From contig CM060733.1 of the NCBI GenBank assembly GCA_030704615.1, positions 57,474,001 through 57,538,000 on the forward strand: a stretch of 64,000 nucleotides of DNA, in the 5' to 3' direction. The notes under the pieces were generated by a model, which was given only the letters and a program-made list of their open reading frames with translations, ran no database searches and was not told the origin of the DNA. Below are positions 9,203 to 22,000 of this stretch, piece after piece (position 1 is the stretch's first letter; every line of letters begins with the position of its first letter). The position numbers were made by a program, and so were the translations under genes. The DNA is from Takakia lepidozioides (taxonomy: Eukaryota; Plantae; Bryophyta).

Positions 9203-12200
9203 ATGGCTGGAGCATCGTCTTCTAGCAATCCTCCTTCTATGTCTATGACGAGTGCATTAGATGTGAGAATGGAAGATCGATTCAATGGAGCTAACTATCA
9301 AACCTGGAAGTTTAGGATGGAGATGGTCCCCACACCAATTTGGCAGTCCAAACTTTGAGTGACCTCAGCTTGGTGAATCGGCTAGACAAAGATCTATGGG
9401 GAGTGGTTGATGGATCAGTCCCAAGACCTGACACTATTGTTGGCCAAGCCATATGGGATAGAAAAGATCAGAAAGCAAGAGCTAGCATCATCACAAGCTT
9501 GAGAGACAATCTATTGCATCTCATTATAAGTGCTAAGAATGCTAAGGATGTTTGGGACAAGCTAGCAAACATATATGAGACGAAGATGTCACATCGCAAG
9601 TGTATGCGACGCAAAAGTTCTATGAATCCTATGATGGTTTTGTGGTGTCTCTAGCAGGACAAACCAACTTAACTATTGATGTTGTCATAGGACTTCTCCT
9701 TAAGGAGGAAACAAGAAGAAATGTCAAGGTACGTCACAGAGATAGACAGAGCTTTGTTCACAGGCAAGACTGGAGTAGTCTTGAATAGAAGACTCCCTTC
9801 ACATGAGTCTCAGAAGTCCCAGAGGTTTCAGAAACCTCAATCTAGCTCAAAGATCAAAAACGCCAAAATAAGGTGCTTTTATTGCAAGAAACTTGGTCAC
9901 ATGATCAAGGATTGTAGAAAGTGCATTGCAGATGAGCGCAGCAGAGAGGGTCAATGGAACATAACTACTCATCAGAGGAACATTATTCTATTTGTTGTGT
10001 CTCTCTCAGCCACTACTAGACAGAAGCATGTGTGGGATGTTGATTCAGGAGCATCTCAACATATGAGTTCAGAGAGAGAGCATTTCTTATCTTATAGATC
10101 TCTTTCACCTACACAATATGTTCTTTTGGGAGATGATAGCAAACATGCCATTAGTGGGGAAGGTTCAGTCTCTCTTATGCTCAATGAAGTGGAAACCATA
10201 GAGGTGGAAAATGTCCTGCATGTCCCTACTTTAACAAAGAACCTACTATTTGTAAGGCAAATTGTTGCAAAGGGATACAAAGTGGTATTCCAAGATGAGA
10301 GTTGTACTATCAGAGATAGCTCAGGAGTTGTGATAGCAAGAGTTATTCTTGATAATTGCTTGTATAGATTACAACATCATGTCTCTAGTGCTCTTACTAC
10401 TTTTTCACCACAGTTGGGATCTACACCTATCATGTCAGAAACAGAGTTGTGGCATAGAAGGTTAGGTATGTGAGCATTAAAAAATTGAGACAGATGCAAC
10501 TCTCAAGCCATCTTGTGGTAGGACTACCATTGAAGGAGATGAGCGACATGCGTCTATGCAAAGGTTGCCTAGAAGGGAAGCAACATCGAGGTCAATTTCC
10601 TAAGGATGGTGGACGAAGAGCCACAAGTATATTGGAGATTGTACATTCTGATGTGTGCGGGCCAATGCAAACCACATCACTTGGAGGAGCAAGGTACTTT
10701 GTGACATTCATTGATGATTTGTCAAGGAGGGCTGTGGTGAATTTCCTAAGGCAGAAAAGTCAAGTGCTAGAGAAATTCAAGGAGTTCAAAGTACTTGCAG
10801 AAAAACAAACTGGAAAGCCTCTTAAGATTTTGAGATCTGACAGTGGTGGTCAGTACATCTCAAAGGCTTTCAATCAGTTTTGTCAAGAGAATGGAATAGC
10901 TCGACAGCTTACTGTTCCATATAACCCTATTTTAAGTAATTCCGGACTTTTGGCTTAAATCCGAACCAAACTTAATATATAACATAATTAAAAATAATTC
11001 AAGTATTAATAATAATATCGAGGAATATTGAGTCATTTAACTTGTGAAGTTGCACAATCCCATTCATGTAACATTGAATGGTAAGTCGAATGACGTACTT
11101 TGCATCAGAAAATTATAAATATAAGATCGATTGAATGAAGTTATTAATAAATTGATAGATATTATACACCTGAGCAGAATGGTGTAGCTGAGCGGATGAA
11201 TAGATCACTGCAAGAATCTGCAAGGAGTATGTTGAAAGAAGTGAATCTTTCAAATCATTTTTGGGCAGAAGCTGTTAGCACTGCAACATATCTTCACAAC
11301 AGAATACCTACCAAATCAGTGTTGGGAAAAACACCAGAAGAGGTATGGAGTGGTCAGAAGCCTAGTGTGGCTCATTGTAGGATTTTTGGATGTCGTGCAT
11401 ATGTCCATATTCCTACTCAAAAGCGAAAGAAACTTGACTCCAAATCAGAAGAATGCATCTTCATTGGCTACACAAAAGGTATGAAGGGATATAAGTTGTT
11501 CAATGAGACAACTAAGGCTGTCAAACACAACAGGGACGTAGTGTTTGATGAAGGCTTCATACCCTCTTTGGTAGTGAGAGAAGATGACATGGGAATGAGC
11601 TTAGAGCCATTATACCATTTCCAAGAGGAGTCTTATGAGGAGCCAATACAAGAGATGGCTGAAGCAAATGATGGAGGTGTTCAACTTGATGGAGTTGATC
11701 AAGGAGTCAAAGTTGGTGAACCACTTGTTGATATGGACTCTAGAGATGAAGTTGAAGATGTGCCAATTCTAAGGAGATCTCAACGGGAAAGAAAAGTTCC
11801 TAGAAGGCTGATTACATCTATGAGTGCCATTGAAACTATGGAAGAAGCATCACAAGTGGTTGAGCCTGTTACATATGAGGAAACGATGCGCTCTCCAGAC
11901 AAACTACAATGGGAAGAAGCAATCAACTCAGAGTTGGATTCATTGATGCTAAACAAAGCATGGACACTCACTAGGTTGCCTGTAGGACGAAGAGCCATTG
12001 GTTGCAAGTGGATCTTCAAGTTGAAGTACAAAGCTGATGGATCTATTTACCGGTACTAAGCTCGTCTTGTAGCTAAGGGCTATGCACAAATTCAAGGAGT
12101 GGATTACAATGAAACCTTCTCACCAGTGGTGAAGATTTCTTCTATCAGAGTGTTGTTAGCTCTTGCAGCTCAACATGATCACGAAGTTCATCAAATGGAT

Positions 12201-13357
12201 ATTAAGACTGCATTTCTGAATGGAGAACTACAAGAAGAGATCTACATGAGACAACCTGAAGGGTTTGTACAAAGAGGAAGTGATATTGTGTGTAAGCTGC
12301 AAAAGAGTTTGTATGGACTCAAACAAAGTCCTCGAGCTTGGTATGCTAGGATCGATGCTTACCTCTTAAAGGCAAGATTTGAGCGAAGCGTTGCTGACAC
12401 AAACATCTATGTGAAAAAAATGGGAGAGCAATTTGTGGTCATAGCTCTATATGTGGATGACACAATCATTGTCACCAACGATCGTCAAAGGTTGTTGCCA
12501 GAAACCAAAGCACTGTTGAGTGCTGAGTTTGCCATGACTGACATGGGTGAGATTCGGTTCTATCTTGGTATTCAAATTAGCAGAGATCGAGTGAACCATA
12601 CAATATTCATGCATAAACGACAATACATTGAGACAATTCTACAAAGGTTTAAGTTGGAGATGAGTAAGCCAACATTAACTCCTCTCGAAGTTGGTTTGAA
12701 ACTTACATGGTTTGTACTAGGCCAGACATTGTACATTCAGTGGGAGTGGTCTCACAATTTCTTTCAAATCCCGGACAAATCCATTGGAAAGCAGTGAAGA
12801 GGATATTTCGATATCTAAGAGGAACATCAATCTCTGGTCTACTCTACAAGAGAGTGGAAGATCCAAGTTTGTTGGGGTTTGCTGATGCTGACTAGACAGA
12901 AGACGTTAATAGTAGAAAATCAACTTCAGGCCATTGTTTTCTCCTAGCAGGTGGAGCTGTATCTTGGTCTAGCAAACGACAAGTTGCAACAGCGTTGTCA
13001 TCAACAGTAGCTGAGTACATGTCCCTTACACAAGCAGCAAAGGAGGCTATTTGGTTACAGAAGTTGCTTGAAGATTTGGGTCATCTCCAATCACTACCTA
13101 CGACTCTCTATTGTGAGAATCAAAGTGCGATTGCACTGAGTCAGAATCCGAAATATCATTCAAGGACGAAGCACATTGAAGTGCAACATCACTACATACG
13201 GGAAGTTGTATGCAAGGGAGAGATCAAGGTGATCTATTGTGCTACATGAGACATGGTTGCGGATGTTTTGACGAAGAGTCTACCACAAACAAAACACATG
13301 AAGTGTTCAGCCTTACTTGGTGTCTCTTCTCCAATGACAAACGAAGTAGATCAATGA
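9203..13357 (+). pseudogene. Copia gag-pol polyprotein, disrupted
   Basis: Zinc knuckle CFYCKKLGHMIKDC, protease WDVDSGASQHM, GAG-pre-integrase LWHRRLG, integrase HSDVCGP/FIDD/RSDSGG, RT QMDIKTAFLNG/YVDD and RNase H FADAD*/RTKHIEV. Several stops, frameshifts and deletions. Confidence 0.95.
10924..11162. mobile_element. 239-bp AT-rich insertion in the Copia integrase
   Basis: Flanked by TATA on both sides (10920-10923 and 11163-11166). Removing it restores TVPYTPEQNGVAER. Confidence 0.75.
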
Positions 13358-13378
13358 TATGGTTTAATTGAGTGGGAG

Positions 13379-13685
13379 TGTTGGAAGTAATTAAACATAT
13401 CTAGAAGACTAAGAGTCTTGAAGGCCAAAGGTTTAGAAGTCTAAGAGACTATCTTGTTTAACTCACCTTTGGAAGGTGAATGGTTAGAAGTTGGATAGTC
13501 ACCATAGTAAAAGTGGAAGTGACCAAGTAGGATTTCCTAGAGACCTTCTTGTAAAAGCTCGGGGGTGAAGCCACTAGTCTAAGTGTAAGAGTATGATGGT
13601 GGCTTCTATGGTTGGGAGGAGAGCTTTAGTTTTAGTTTTAGTCTAAGACTTTAGTTCTTGTTCATGTTCTTGCTCAATTCTAACA
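13379..13685 (+). repeat. Copia 3' LTR (307 bp)
   Basis: TGTTGGAAG...TCTAACA; about 8 mismatches against the reconstructed 5' LTR, counted by eye. Confidence 0.95.
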
Positions 13686-14472
13686 ACCGTTTCATGCAAT
13701 CGACGATATTGAAGTATCGAGTTTTCTCCGTATCTGTAAGCAATCGAGCCCGGGTAATGGCCCTCCAGACATGTGCACTGATCATAACGTAAGCACTAAA
13801 CGTTGGCCCATCTGGTGAATCCTCCAAAGCTTTATCTTTGAGCTTGATCAGACTTCAGATAAAAAAAAATGTGCAACTTAGTTACATTTTAGTCCAAGGC
13901 AGTTTCCTCCAAGTAACGAAAGAAATTACCAGACAACGGTAACCTAGTAAAGAAAGCCTTTGAAAGAGAGCTTTCTGTCCAATAGTTGTCTCACTCTGAT
14001 GCCAACTTGATTATATTCGCTCGCGAGCTAAAATTGGGAAGAAGAGAGCTGCGCTTCTCACGGGCGACCTCTGCCTACGACTTGATAAATTGCATCAGCA
14101 TCACTCCGTCTGCGCTTCCGTCGAAATAGGCATGCCCAATTACATAGCCGCCACACTTCAGATGAGTGATCTGCATATTTCAAAATGAATCAATATTGTG
14201 GTCGTGCATAGATGTGCACTCAAAAAGTGCTGAGCTAAGACTATTGCACATGACATGTGGTCATCAGCTTCACACCTGAAACAGAAGAAGTGCAATGCCA
14301 CAGAGATGTAGGAATCTGACCTGGGCACCAAAAAGAGGGTTGCAGGTACTACCCTCGTCCTCAAGAGTCCATGGGAGTGCTTGAGCAAAGTGTTGATACA
14401 TGTCAGCCATGTTGTAATTACTTAGCTCCCCCACAGTGATGGGAGCTGACAAGAAGTCAAGGTCGGCGTGGC

Positions 14473-14996
14473 TGTATGCACGATGAGTAATATGAATCAA
14501 GACGATCTTTATAACAATGAACAAGAGTACAAGATATTGGAACAATACTGGAATGTTGGAAACTGGACTGGAGTACTAGATACTGGAAACTGGGCTAGAG
14601 TACTGGGAACTGGAAACAAGAGTAGCTTGAACTGGTGTTGGCGAGACTGAAGAGTGTCTAGTCTCACCTCCTATATATACTGGCTACTAAGAAGCTTCCC
14701 TAAGAAGCTTCCCCTATGGAGGTTGCTTGCTGGAGAAGTTTCCAAGATTAAACAAAGGTTTCTTGATGGAGAAGCTCCTTAAGCAAATGAGGTATCTTGA
14801 TGGAGAAGTTTCCTCCAAAGAAAGCTTCCTGAGCAATTTCCCAAGTTACTCTTGGTAATTTGGTAAACTTCTGGTAATTTGGTAAATAATGATAAATAAT
14901 GGTCGATCATGGTAAATCATGGTAACTTCCGGTAACTTGGTAACTTGGTAACTTCTGGTATTTACTCCTGATAAATTCTGGGCTATGTCCGTGACA
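14473..14996 (-). repeat. Gypsy 3' LTR with upstream polypurine tract
   Basis: Minus strand reads AGAGGAGGGGGTGA followed by TGTCAC at 14996. TATA-like motif at ~14672 and internal ACTGGAAAC and GGTAA micro-repeats. The end at 14473 is inferred from where BAHD sequence resumes. Confidence 0.6.
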
Positions 14997-15599
14997 TCAC
15001 CCCCTCCTCTAGCGCCAAGTTCCTCGAGGAGCGGTAAAATCTTGGACTTGCTTGAAGTTGGAGAAAATCCAAAATCCGGCGAATGATACTTGCCAAGTAT
15101 TCGGCTCTTCGTTCTTGACTCAAATGATTTATAGGTCCCTGCAACCATCGATAGTATCCAGTACCTTGACCTTGGGACCACGTAGTGATTTGAGCATTCT
15201 AATTTTCGAAGCTGCCTTCAAACATGATTTCGTTGCCCTCTGGGTCCGAAGCCTCAACCTCCAACAGAATTACCAGACTTCGAGTAGGCTCCACTTGCCG
15301 TCGTACGGGGTCCAGACGAGGAAGTATGCGTCGCATTGGTGGCCCATCGTCTCAAGAAAGTCGGCGTGATGTTGAAGGTCGTGAGAGTCGGAATGGCTGA
15401 TCTGGTAGTTGGGTAAGCGACAGCTCCAATGTATTTGGTTCCTATGACTCCATGCTGCCAATACAAGATGCAAGAGTGCTGGAAGTGCAGCTATATATAC
15501 TGATATGTGGTGCTCCTCCCTCCTTAACGTGTATCAGGTACATTGAATGTGGAGTCTTCACCTTGAAGCTAACTTGGCTGACATCATCGTTGTGACGTC

Positions 15600-18500
15600 T
15601 TATTGACGTGTAGCTCGGGGGTTAGCTGGATATCATTGATGAAACTCTTGGACTTTGTCAAATGCACTGGCGAGGTTGGATGAAGGTCGTTCGTTCGCTG
15701 ATGTCATGGCCTTTCCAATATACGAAATACTCAAGACGTTTATACTTGATGCGAGAGTCTAGGACTTCGTCGACTTCATACTCAATTTCCTGATTGACTT
15801 CGATTGGTGGAGGTGGTACGGAGACTCTCCCTGGAATATTTGATGGATGATACAACTCCAATAATGAAACATGAAAGTCTGGATGGATGCGCATACTTCG
15901 TAGGAGTTCAAGCCAAAAACTGACTGGATTTATTTATCGAAAAATTTTGAATGGTCCCAGGCGTTGATAATCCAACTTCCTTGATGGTCGCGAGGATTTT
16001 ATGTCTCGTCGAAGAAGCCACACACGATCTCCGACCTTGAACTGGGGTTGGAGTTGGCAACGTTGATCTGCATACTCCTTATATTGTTTTTGAGCTTCTG
16101 CGAGGTGGAATGTAAGCTCCTTGTGAATCATAGCAAGATGAGTAGCAAGGTTTTCTGCAGCACTGCTTCCAACAGTCTTCATGTGGAAAGGGTTTGCTCG
16201 AGGATGATGACCATAATTGGAGAAAAATGGAGTTTGTTTGGTCGAAGAATGTATAGTGTCGTTGTAGGCAAACTCAGCCAATGACAGAAGGTCCGTCCAA
16301 TTATCTTGGTGATAATTTATTGTACAGCGAAGATACTGCTCCAAAATCTGGTTTACACGTTCGGTTTGACCATCAGTCTGTGGATGATTAGCTGTAGAGA
16401 GGTTGATCTTAGTATCCAATATATGAAATAATCCCCTCCAGAAATTCGATATGAACTGTGGTTCTTGATCAGATACGATGTCCTTCGGGAGTCCATGAAT
16501 GCGGTAGATATTATTGATGAAGAGTCTTACAGTTTCCTCGCCGATAACCGTCTTATTACATGGAATGAAATGTGTCATCTTCGTAAAACGATCTACAATA
16601 ACAAGGATTGAATCGGTGGTCTTGGAAATTGGAAGGTCCGTAATAAAGTCCATAGACACGGATGACCATAGGCCCTTGGGTATGGGTAATGGTTGAAGAA
16701 GGACGTAAGGTCGATGTTGTGGTCCCTTCGCTCTAGCATACGTGTCGCAAGATTTTATAAATTCTTTCACGAATTTCCACATCTGCGGCCATCAATAGTC
16801 CCTGGATATCAATTCCATTGTTTTGTTGAAGCCGAAATGTCCTGCAGCTAGAAGATCATGACATGTTTGAAGAATTCGAAGTCGTGTACGTCCTGGAAAT
16901 ACATAGAGAAGTCCCTTGAAATAAAGTAAGCCATCTTTGAATTCGAAGTCGTTTGTAACATGTGGGTTGTCTCGAGGTTGATTTATTTGACTTCGTAGTG
17001 TCGTGGCAAATTGGTCGCTCTTCAGTGCTTCCTGAATCTTTTTTATGATCTCTACATCGTCATAGGTGGACATAGATAACATATTCAATTGGAGATTTGC
17101 TGGTTTCAAGATGATGGATTTCTGTTGGTCAAAAGCTGTATCCCATTCTTTTGGCGCAAGATACGATCGTCGAGAAAGAGCATCTAGTTTTCCTTGAAGA
17201 TGTCCGGGACGGTAGGTAATAACAAAATCAAACCTTGCTAGTGACATACTCCATCTCGCTTGACGTCGATTCAAAACACGAGCACTCATAAAATACTCAA
17301 GGTTTTTGTGATCGGTATAGACAGTGATCTGATCTTTAGCTCTCTCCAATAATGACGCCACTCCTCAAAAACATCGATAATCGCTAGAAGTTCTTTGTCA
17401 TGGATTTCATAACTGATCTCCGCAATGGAAAATTTGCGAGAACGAAAACCAATAGGGTGAAGTCGGCCATCTGCACCGTATTGAGAGAGTACCGCGCCAA
17501 GTGCAAAGTCCGATGCATCTGCTTCCAAAAAGAATGGTTTAGATGGGTTTGCATGTACCAGTATTGGAGCCGTTGTAAATGCTTGCTTCAGCCTTTCAAA
17601 TGCTTGGTCAGCCTTCTCGTCCTATACAAATTTGTCCTTCCCTGTGAGTCGTGTCAATGGTGTAGCAATTTTTGAGTAGTCATTTATGAAGATTCTATAG
17701 AAATTTGCAAATCCTAGAAAACATTGTACATCTCGGACCGAAGTTGGTTTAATCCACTCGATGATGGTTTGTATTTTCTTCTGATCCATAAAGACTCATT
17801 TGTCGGAAATAATGTAGCCCAAAAATTCGACTTCAGATTGGTGGAAAAAACATTTTTCCAACTTGGCATATATTCATTTTTCCCTCAATTTATCAAGGAC
17901 AAGGCGTACATGGCGACCTTGTTCTTCTTCATTATGTGAAATATCAAAATGTCGTCCAAATAGACGACTACAAAGTCATCTAAAATTCTCGAAAGATGTC
18001 ATTCATCATGTGTTGAAAAATTGCTGGAGCATTTGTAAGACCGAAAGGCATAACATTGTATTCGAAATGTCCGTACCTTGCACGAAAAGCAGTCTTTCAT
18101 TCGTCTCCTTCTCTTATTCGTACAAGGTTGTAAGCTCATCTCAAGTCGATTTTTGTGAAAAAATTTGCTCGTCCAAGTTGTTCGAGGAGTCTGGAAATCA
18201 GCGGTAGTGGGTAACGATTTCTTATAGTGACTTTGTTGAGCCCACGATAGTCCACACACATGCGTAACGATCCGTCATTCTTCTTCACAAAGAAGATAGG
18301 TGCTCCCGCGAGTGATTTCGAATGTCGAATGAAATTCTTTGACAAATTTTCATTAATGTATTCGCGTAAAGCAGCCAGCTCTGTCTGAGATAAATTGTAG
18401 ATCGGGCCGAATGGTGGTTGAGCTCATTCTTGCAACTCAATTGCACAATCATAAGGTCGATGTTCTGGTAACATGTTTACATTTTTCTTCTCGAAGACAT

Positions 18501-19014
18501 CCTTGAAATATTGATATTGAGTGGGTAATGTCGAAGTACCTTGGTCTGTTGTGGTTTTGATTGGAGTCGCATAAAGTGCAAATGTTGCGTCTTTCTTCGT
18601 AGCTCTCATGAAGGCTCTAGCTCCAAGAAACAGGGGTTGAATACTTTTGGTACTTTTGCATTTTTGTCTTGCCGAAATTTTTCGTGATCGCCAGTCGATG
18701 TCAGGATTATGAAGTACAAACCAGGGAAGTCCAAGGATCACAGGATTCGTTGGAGACTGGATGACATTGAAAACAATATGTGATGCTTGATTTTTAAGCT
18801 TCAATTCAAGGGGTCGAGTTTCATGGTCAATATTTCCTGATGCTAACAGTCGTCCATCGATGACTTCAACAAGGGCCGAGAATTTATTTCTTACGATTGT
18901 TAAATTGTGTTGTTTCGCAAAGTCTTTGTCAATAAAACACGTTGAAGCGTCCAAGTCCAAAAGTGCTTCTACGGAGATATCTCGATTTTGCAGGACAGTA
19001 AGAGTCCTTAGCAT
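15600..19014 (-). mobile_element. 5'-truncated, decayed Ty3/Gypsy chromovirus pol (Tcn1-like; PR-RT-RH-IN-chromodomain)
   Basis: ALLDLDASTCFID (protease), [13 protein letters not shown] and VVVYLDD (RT), EADASDFALGAVL/YEIHDKELLAI (RNase H), SVSMDFITDLP/HPQTDGQTERVNQ (integrase) and EYEVDEVLDSR..YFVYWKG (chromodomain). No gag or 5' LTR. Confidence 0.92.
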
Positions 19015-19055
19015 AGCTCTCGTCTATGAGCTGCTGGCTTAATGGACACTGAGAT

Positions 19056-22000
19056 TCAGCTGGGCTCACTATCTATATCCAAATAATCTTCCCCTTCACT
19101 ATCCACATCTGCAATTTGCCTTGCGGTAATTACCAACCCTGGAATGTCTTCCTCATTAAATGTAACTGCTCCTTCCAAAGAGACTGGTTCGGCCGTATCT
19201 GGTAGATTTTGTGGTTCCCTCATACCCTCGTGGTCGGCATTCTCCCCTAGGTCCAGATCATGGACGTCGGCCACGACTCGTTTGGCCCGGGGGTCCTTGT
19301 GAAGAACCACCTTCCATCCCGGCGCATGGGTGTCATCTGAAAAGAAAACTTGCTCAACTTGCGATGGGAAGATGAATGGCTCTTCATCTTGTGGTAGCAT
19401 TTTTCTGAAATCAGCAAGGAGGAACCCGTACTCATCCCGTTTCATAGTGGCATTCTCTCCTACCATATTGGCTTTTACCCAAGAACAACGGAATAGAATT
19501 GGCTTCACAAGACCATAGTCTAGTTTAAGGATCTCTTTGATCACTCCTACATATTGCACATGGCATGAAATTGGATTCTGATCTCGTGCACAGCTCCTAC
19601 TCTCTTGTTCAAAAAATGATGCCACTCCGCTGTCATAAGTCACCAGGAGGCTGGTGTTGGCATCGTCTACTCTATAGTGATTGCCATATGCTTTCAATGA
19701 CCGGTACGAAGTGGCAATCAGCCCTGGGGGGAATGACAGACTCACCATGCCCTCATCTGGGTCCTCGTTCTCTGATGCGTACACCGCAATTGCAGATCTG
19801 ACCCACACTGTAAAGGGCTGCAGCTCCTCCATTGTTGTGGGGTACTCCACCGGGGATCTGCGCCTACGACCGCCCCTCCGCCATGCTTTTGCAAATGCAC
19901 TCCGTTCCGTTTTCAGGCGGACCTTCTCCGCTGCGTACTTTCTGGCAGAAACCAAATAGAAGCTGCAACTCAGTCCCCCTGACCAACACCGTGCTGTACA
20001 TGCATGCCACATGCAGAGTGTGTGTCCTTTCAAGCACACTGTAGTGATGCAGCCTACTTCATAATCACTTGCAAGCAACAACCAAGATCTACGAAACACC
20101 CTCTGTAGTCGTCTGAAGCACCCTGTTAGTACACGATCCCACTCCCATAGTGGCCGGAATGACTTGTGACAATATATATGTAATTCCAGCATACAAAGAC
20201 CATTAAGAATAGCACAGGAGGGATGTAAGTTGGCACCCACTGTCTCCATGGTGTCATGGTTGTTGTGTTGTTCAGCACATAATCATGTGCCACATCCCGA
20301 AGGTGCGGGCTCATGGCACGCTTTGTTCCACCACCTTCTAGGACCTCGCCTACAACTCATTCTTCCTCGTTCTCGTCCCACACCCGTTGTTGTATTGCAT
20401 CAAATGAAGACATATACTCTGTCATGAAGCCCAGGGCTTCGTCGCGGATGTAGCCCTCCGCCATACTCCCCTCTGGCCGTGCCATGTTGCGTACATACCC
20501 CTTCAGATCCTTCATGTACCTCTCCATGGGGTACATCCACCGGCTGGCTACGGGCCCACACACATGCAACTCCTCTACAAGATGCACTAGCAAGTGTGTC
20601 ATGACGTCAAAGAATGATGGAGGGAATTCTTTCTCCAGCAAACATAGGGTCATAGCCACATCCTCATGCAACGATGTAATGTCCCTCGGATCCCACACCT
20701 TCGCACAAATCTTCCTAAACACTCGACTTACACGCATTATGGCTGTTCGAGGACCTGGCGCCATCGTACCCCGAATGCACACTGGCAAAATCTGTTGCAT
20801 CATCACGTGTAGATCATGTGACTTCATCCCCGACCATTTCTTGTTTATGGCATGCTTTTGGAAAGCACCCGAGAATCCGGTTGGCACTTTCATGGCTCCC
20901 AATGTCTTCAAAAAATCCTCTTGCTCTGATTTGGTCAGGACGTATGATGCTGCTGGCATGAGCACTTTGCCTGGTCTATTTGGATCAGGCCTTAGCCACA
21001 GATGTGACCGTATCCCTTCAATCTCCATGTCCTTTCGTACGTTTATCGTATCCTTCTCCCCAAAGATAGTCTTCAGAATGTTCTCGCAGAAGTTCTTCTC
21101 ACAATGCATGGGGTCCAGGAGGTACCGCTGCAAGAGGTTCTGAAATGCCAAATGTCCTCCCATGAGACCAAGTTCTATGGGCAAAAAAAGTAGAATATGT
21201 GGCAGAAGTTGTCCATGTTACTACATTCTGCTTTCAACAACTCCACGATCCTCTCCACAGTGAGGTGTACGACTTCAACATCTACTGCATAGTAGTTACA
21301 CTGACTTATGAGTTGGTGGAAGGACTCCTGACAGTAAAGGTAATTCCAGGAAGCACAATGTGAAAGAAAGTGAGTGAATGGGGGGGGGATTCATGCACCT
21401 TCCAATATGGCAAATCCCAAAGGATTGTCCAGCGCTTCACCCCGTGCTCCATGGCTGGATCCGCACTACTTCCTTCTCTCCCTCCAATCTCCATGAACGC
21501 CTCTTTCTCCTTTGCAAATTGCAATGTCTCCTCCGGTGTCACAGCATTTGGTGCCATTCTCTTTTCAACACATCCATTGAAGTGCCTTCCTGTTCATCGG
21601 TAGGGGTGGTTTCTTGCAAGGTAACGTCGATGCCCCATGTATATTGTCTTCCCCAATGGCTTTGAGTGCCGTGAATCCACATAGGGCCCACAAATGGGGC
21701 ACCCTTTGTAGCCCTTTGTCTTGCAACCCGCAACAAGGCCATATGCGGGGAAATCGTGGATTGACCACATGAGTATGGCACGGAGGGTGAAACTCCGTTG
21801 CCCTACTGGTTTCAAAATGTCGTAAGCTTCAACTCCAATCCATAGTTCTTGTAGCTCTTCAATCAATGGTTGCAAATACACATCTATGTTTGCATTTGTC
21901 GCGGACTCCTTGCCTGGAATCAAAGAGACAACATGACAAAGAATTTCTTTGTTGTCAACCATGGTGGCAGGTTGTATGCCACCAACTGCATGGGCCATGT

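Larger units (their letters stand above)
942..13685 (+). mobile_element. Ty1/Copia LTR retrotransposon, full-length but decayed
   Basis: TG..CA LTRs, 5-bp TSD ACCGT (937-941 and 13686-13690), PBS TGGTATCAGAGC at 9142, purine tract before 13379, and gag-PR-IN-RT-RH domain order. Confidence 0.97.
467..14472 (-). pseudogene. BAHD acyltransferase pseudogene, split by the Copia element; 5' part lost at the Gypsy LTR
   Basis: Exon ~14472-14321 ends ...PLFGAQ, then a GT..AG intron (14320-14171), then ITHLKCGGYVIGHAYFDGSADG...FIKS*AEVAR (stop). Next is FSAYVMISAHVWRAITRAR...VDCMKR up to 13686. Removing the Copia element rejoins this to WPELPHNYFGNAILDAVA (below 941), with the C-terminus at 715-467. 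Stops and frameshifts are present. Confidence 0.85.

Noticed and set aside
19047-19051. CACTG as the left CACTA terminus
   Set aside because: It is only 5 bp from the stop codon and has no TIR match to the right end or subterminal repeats.
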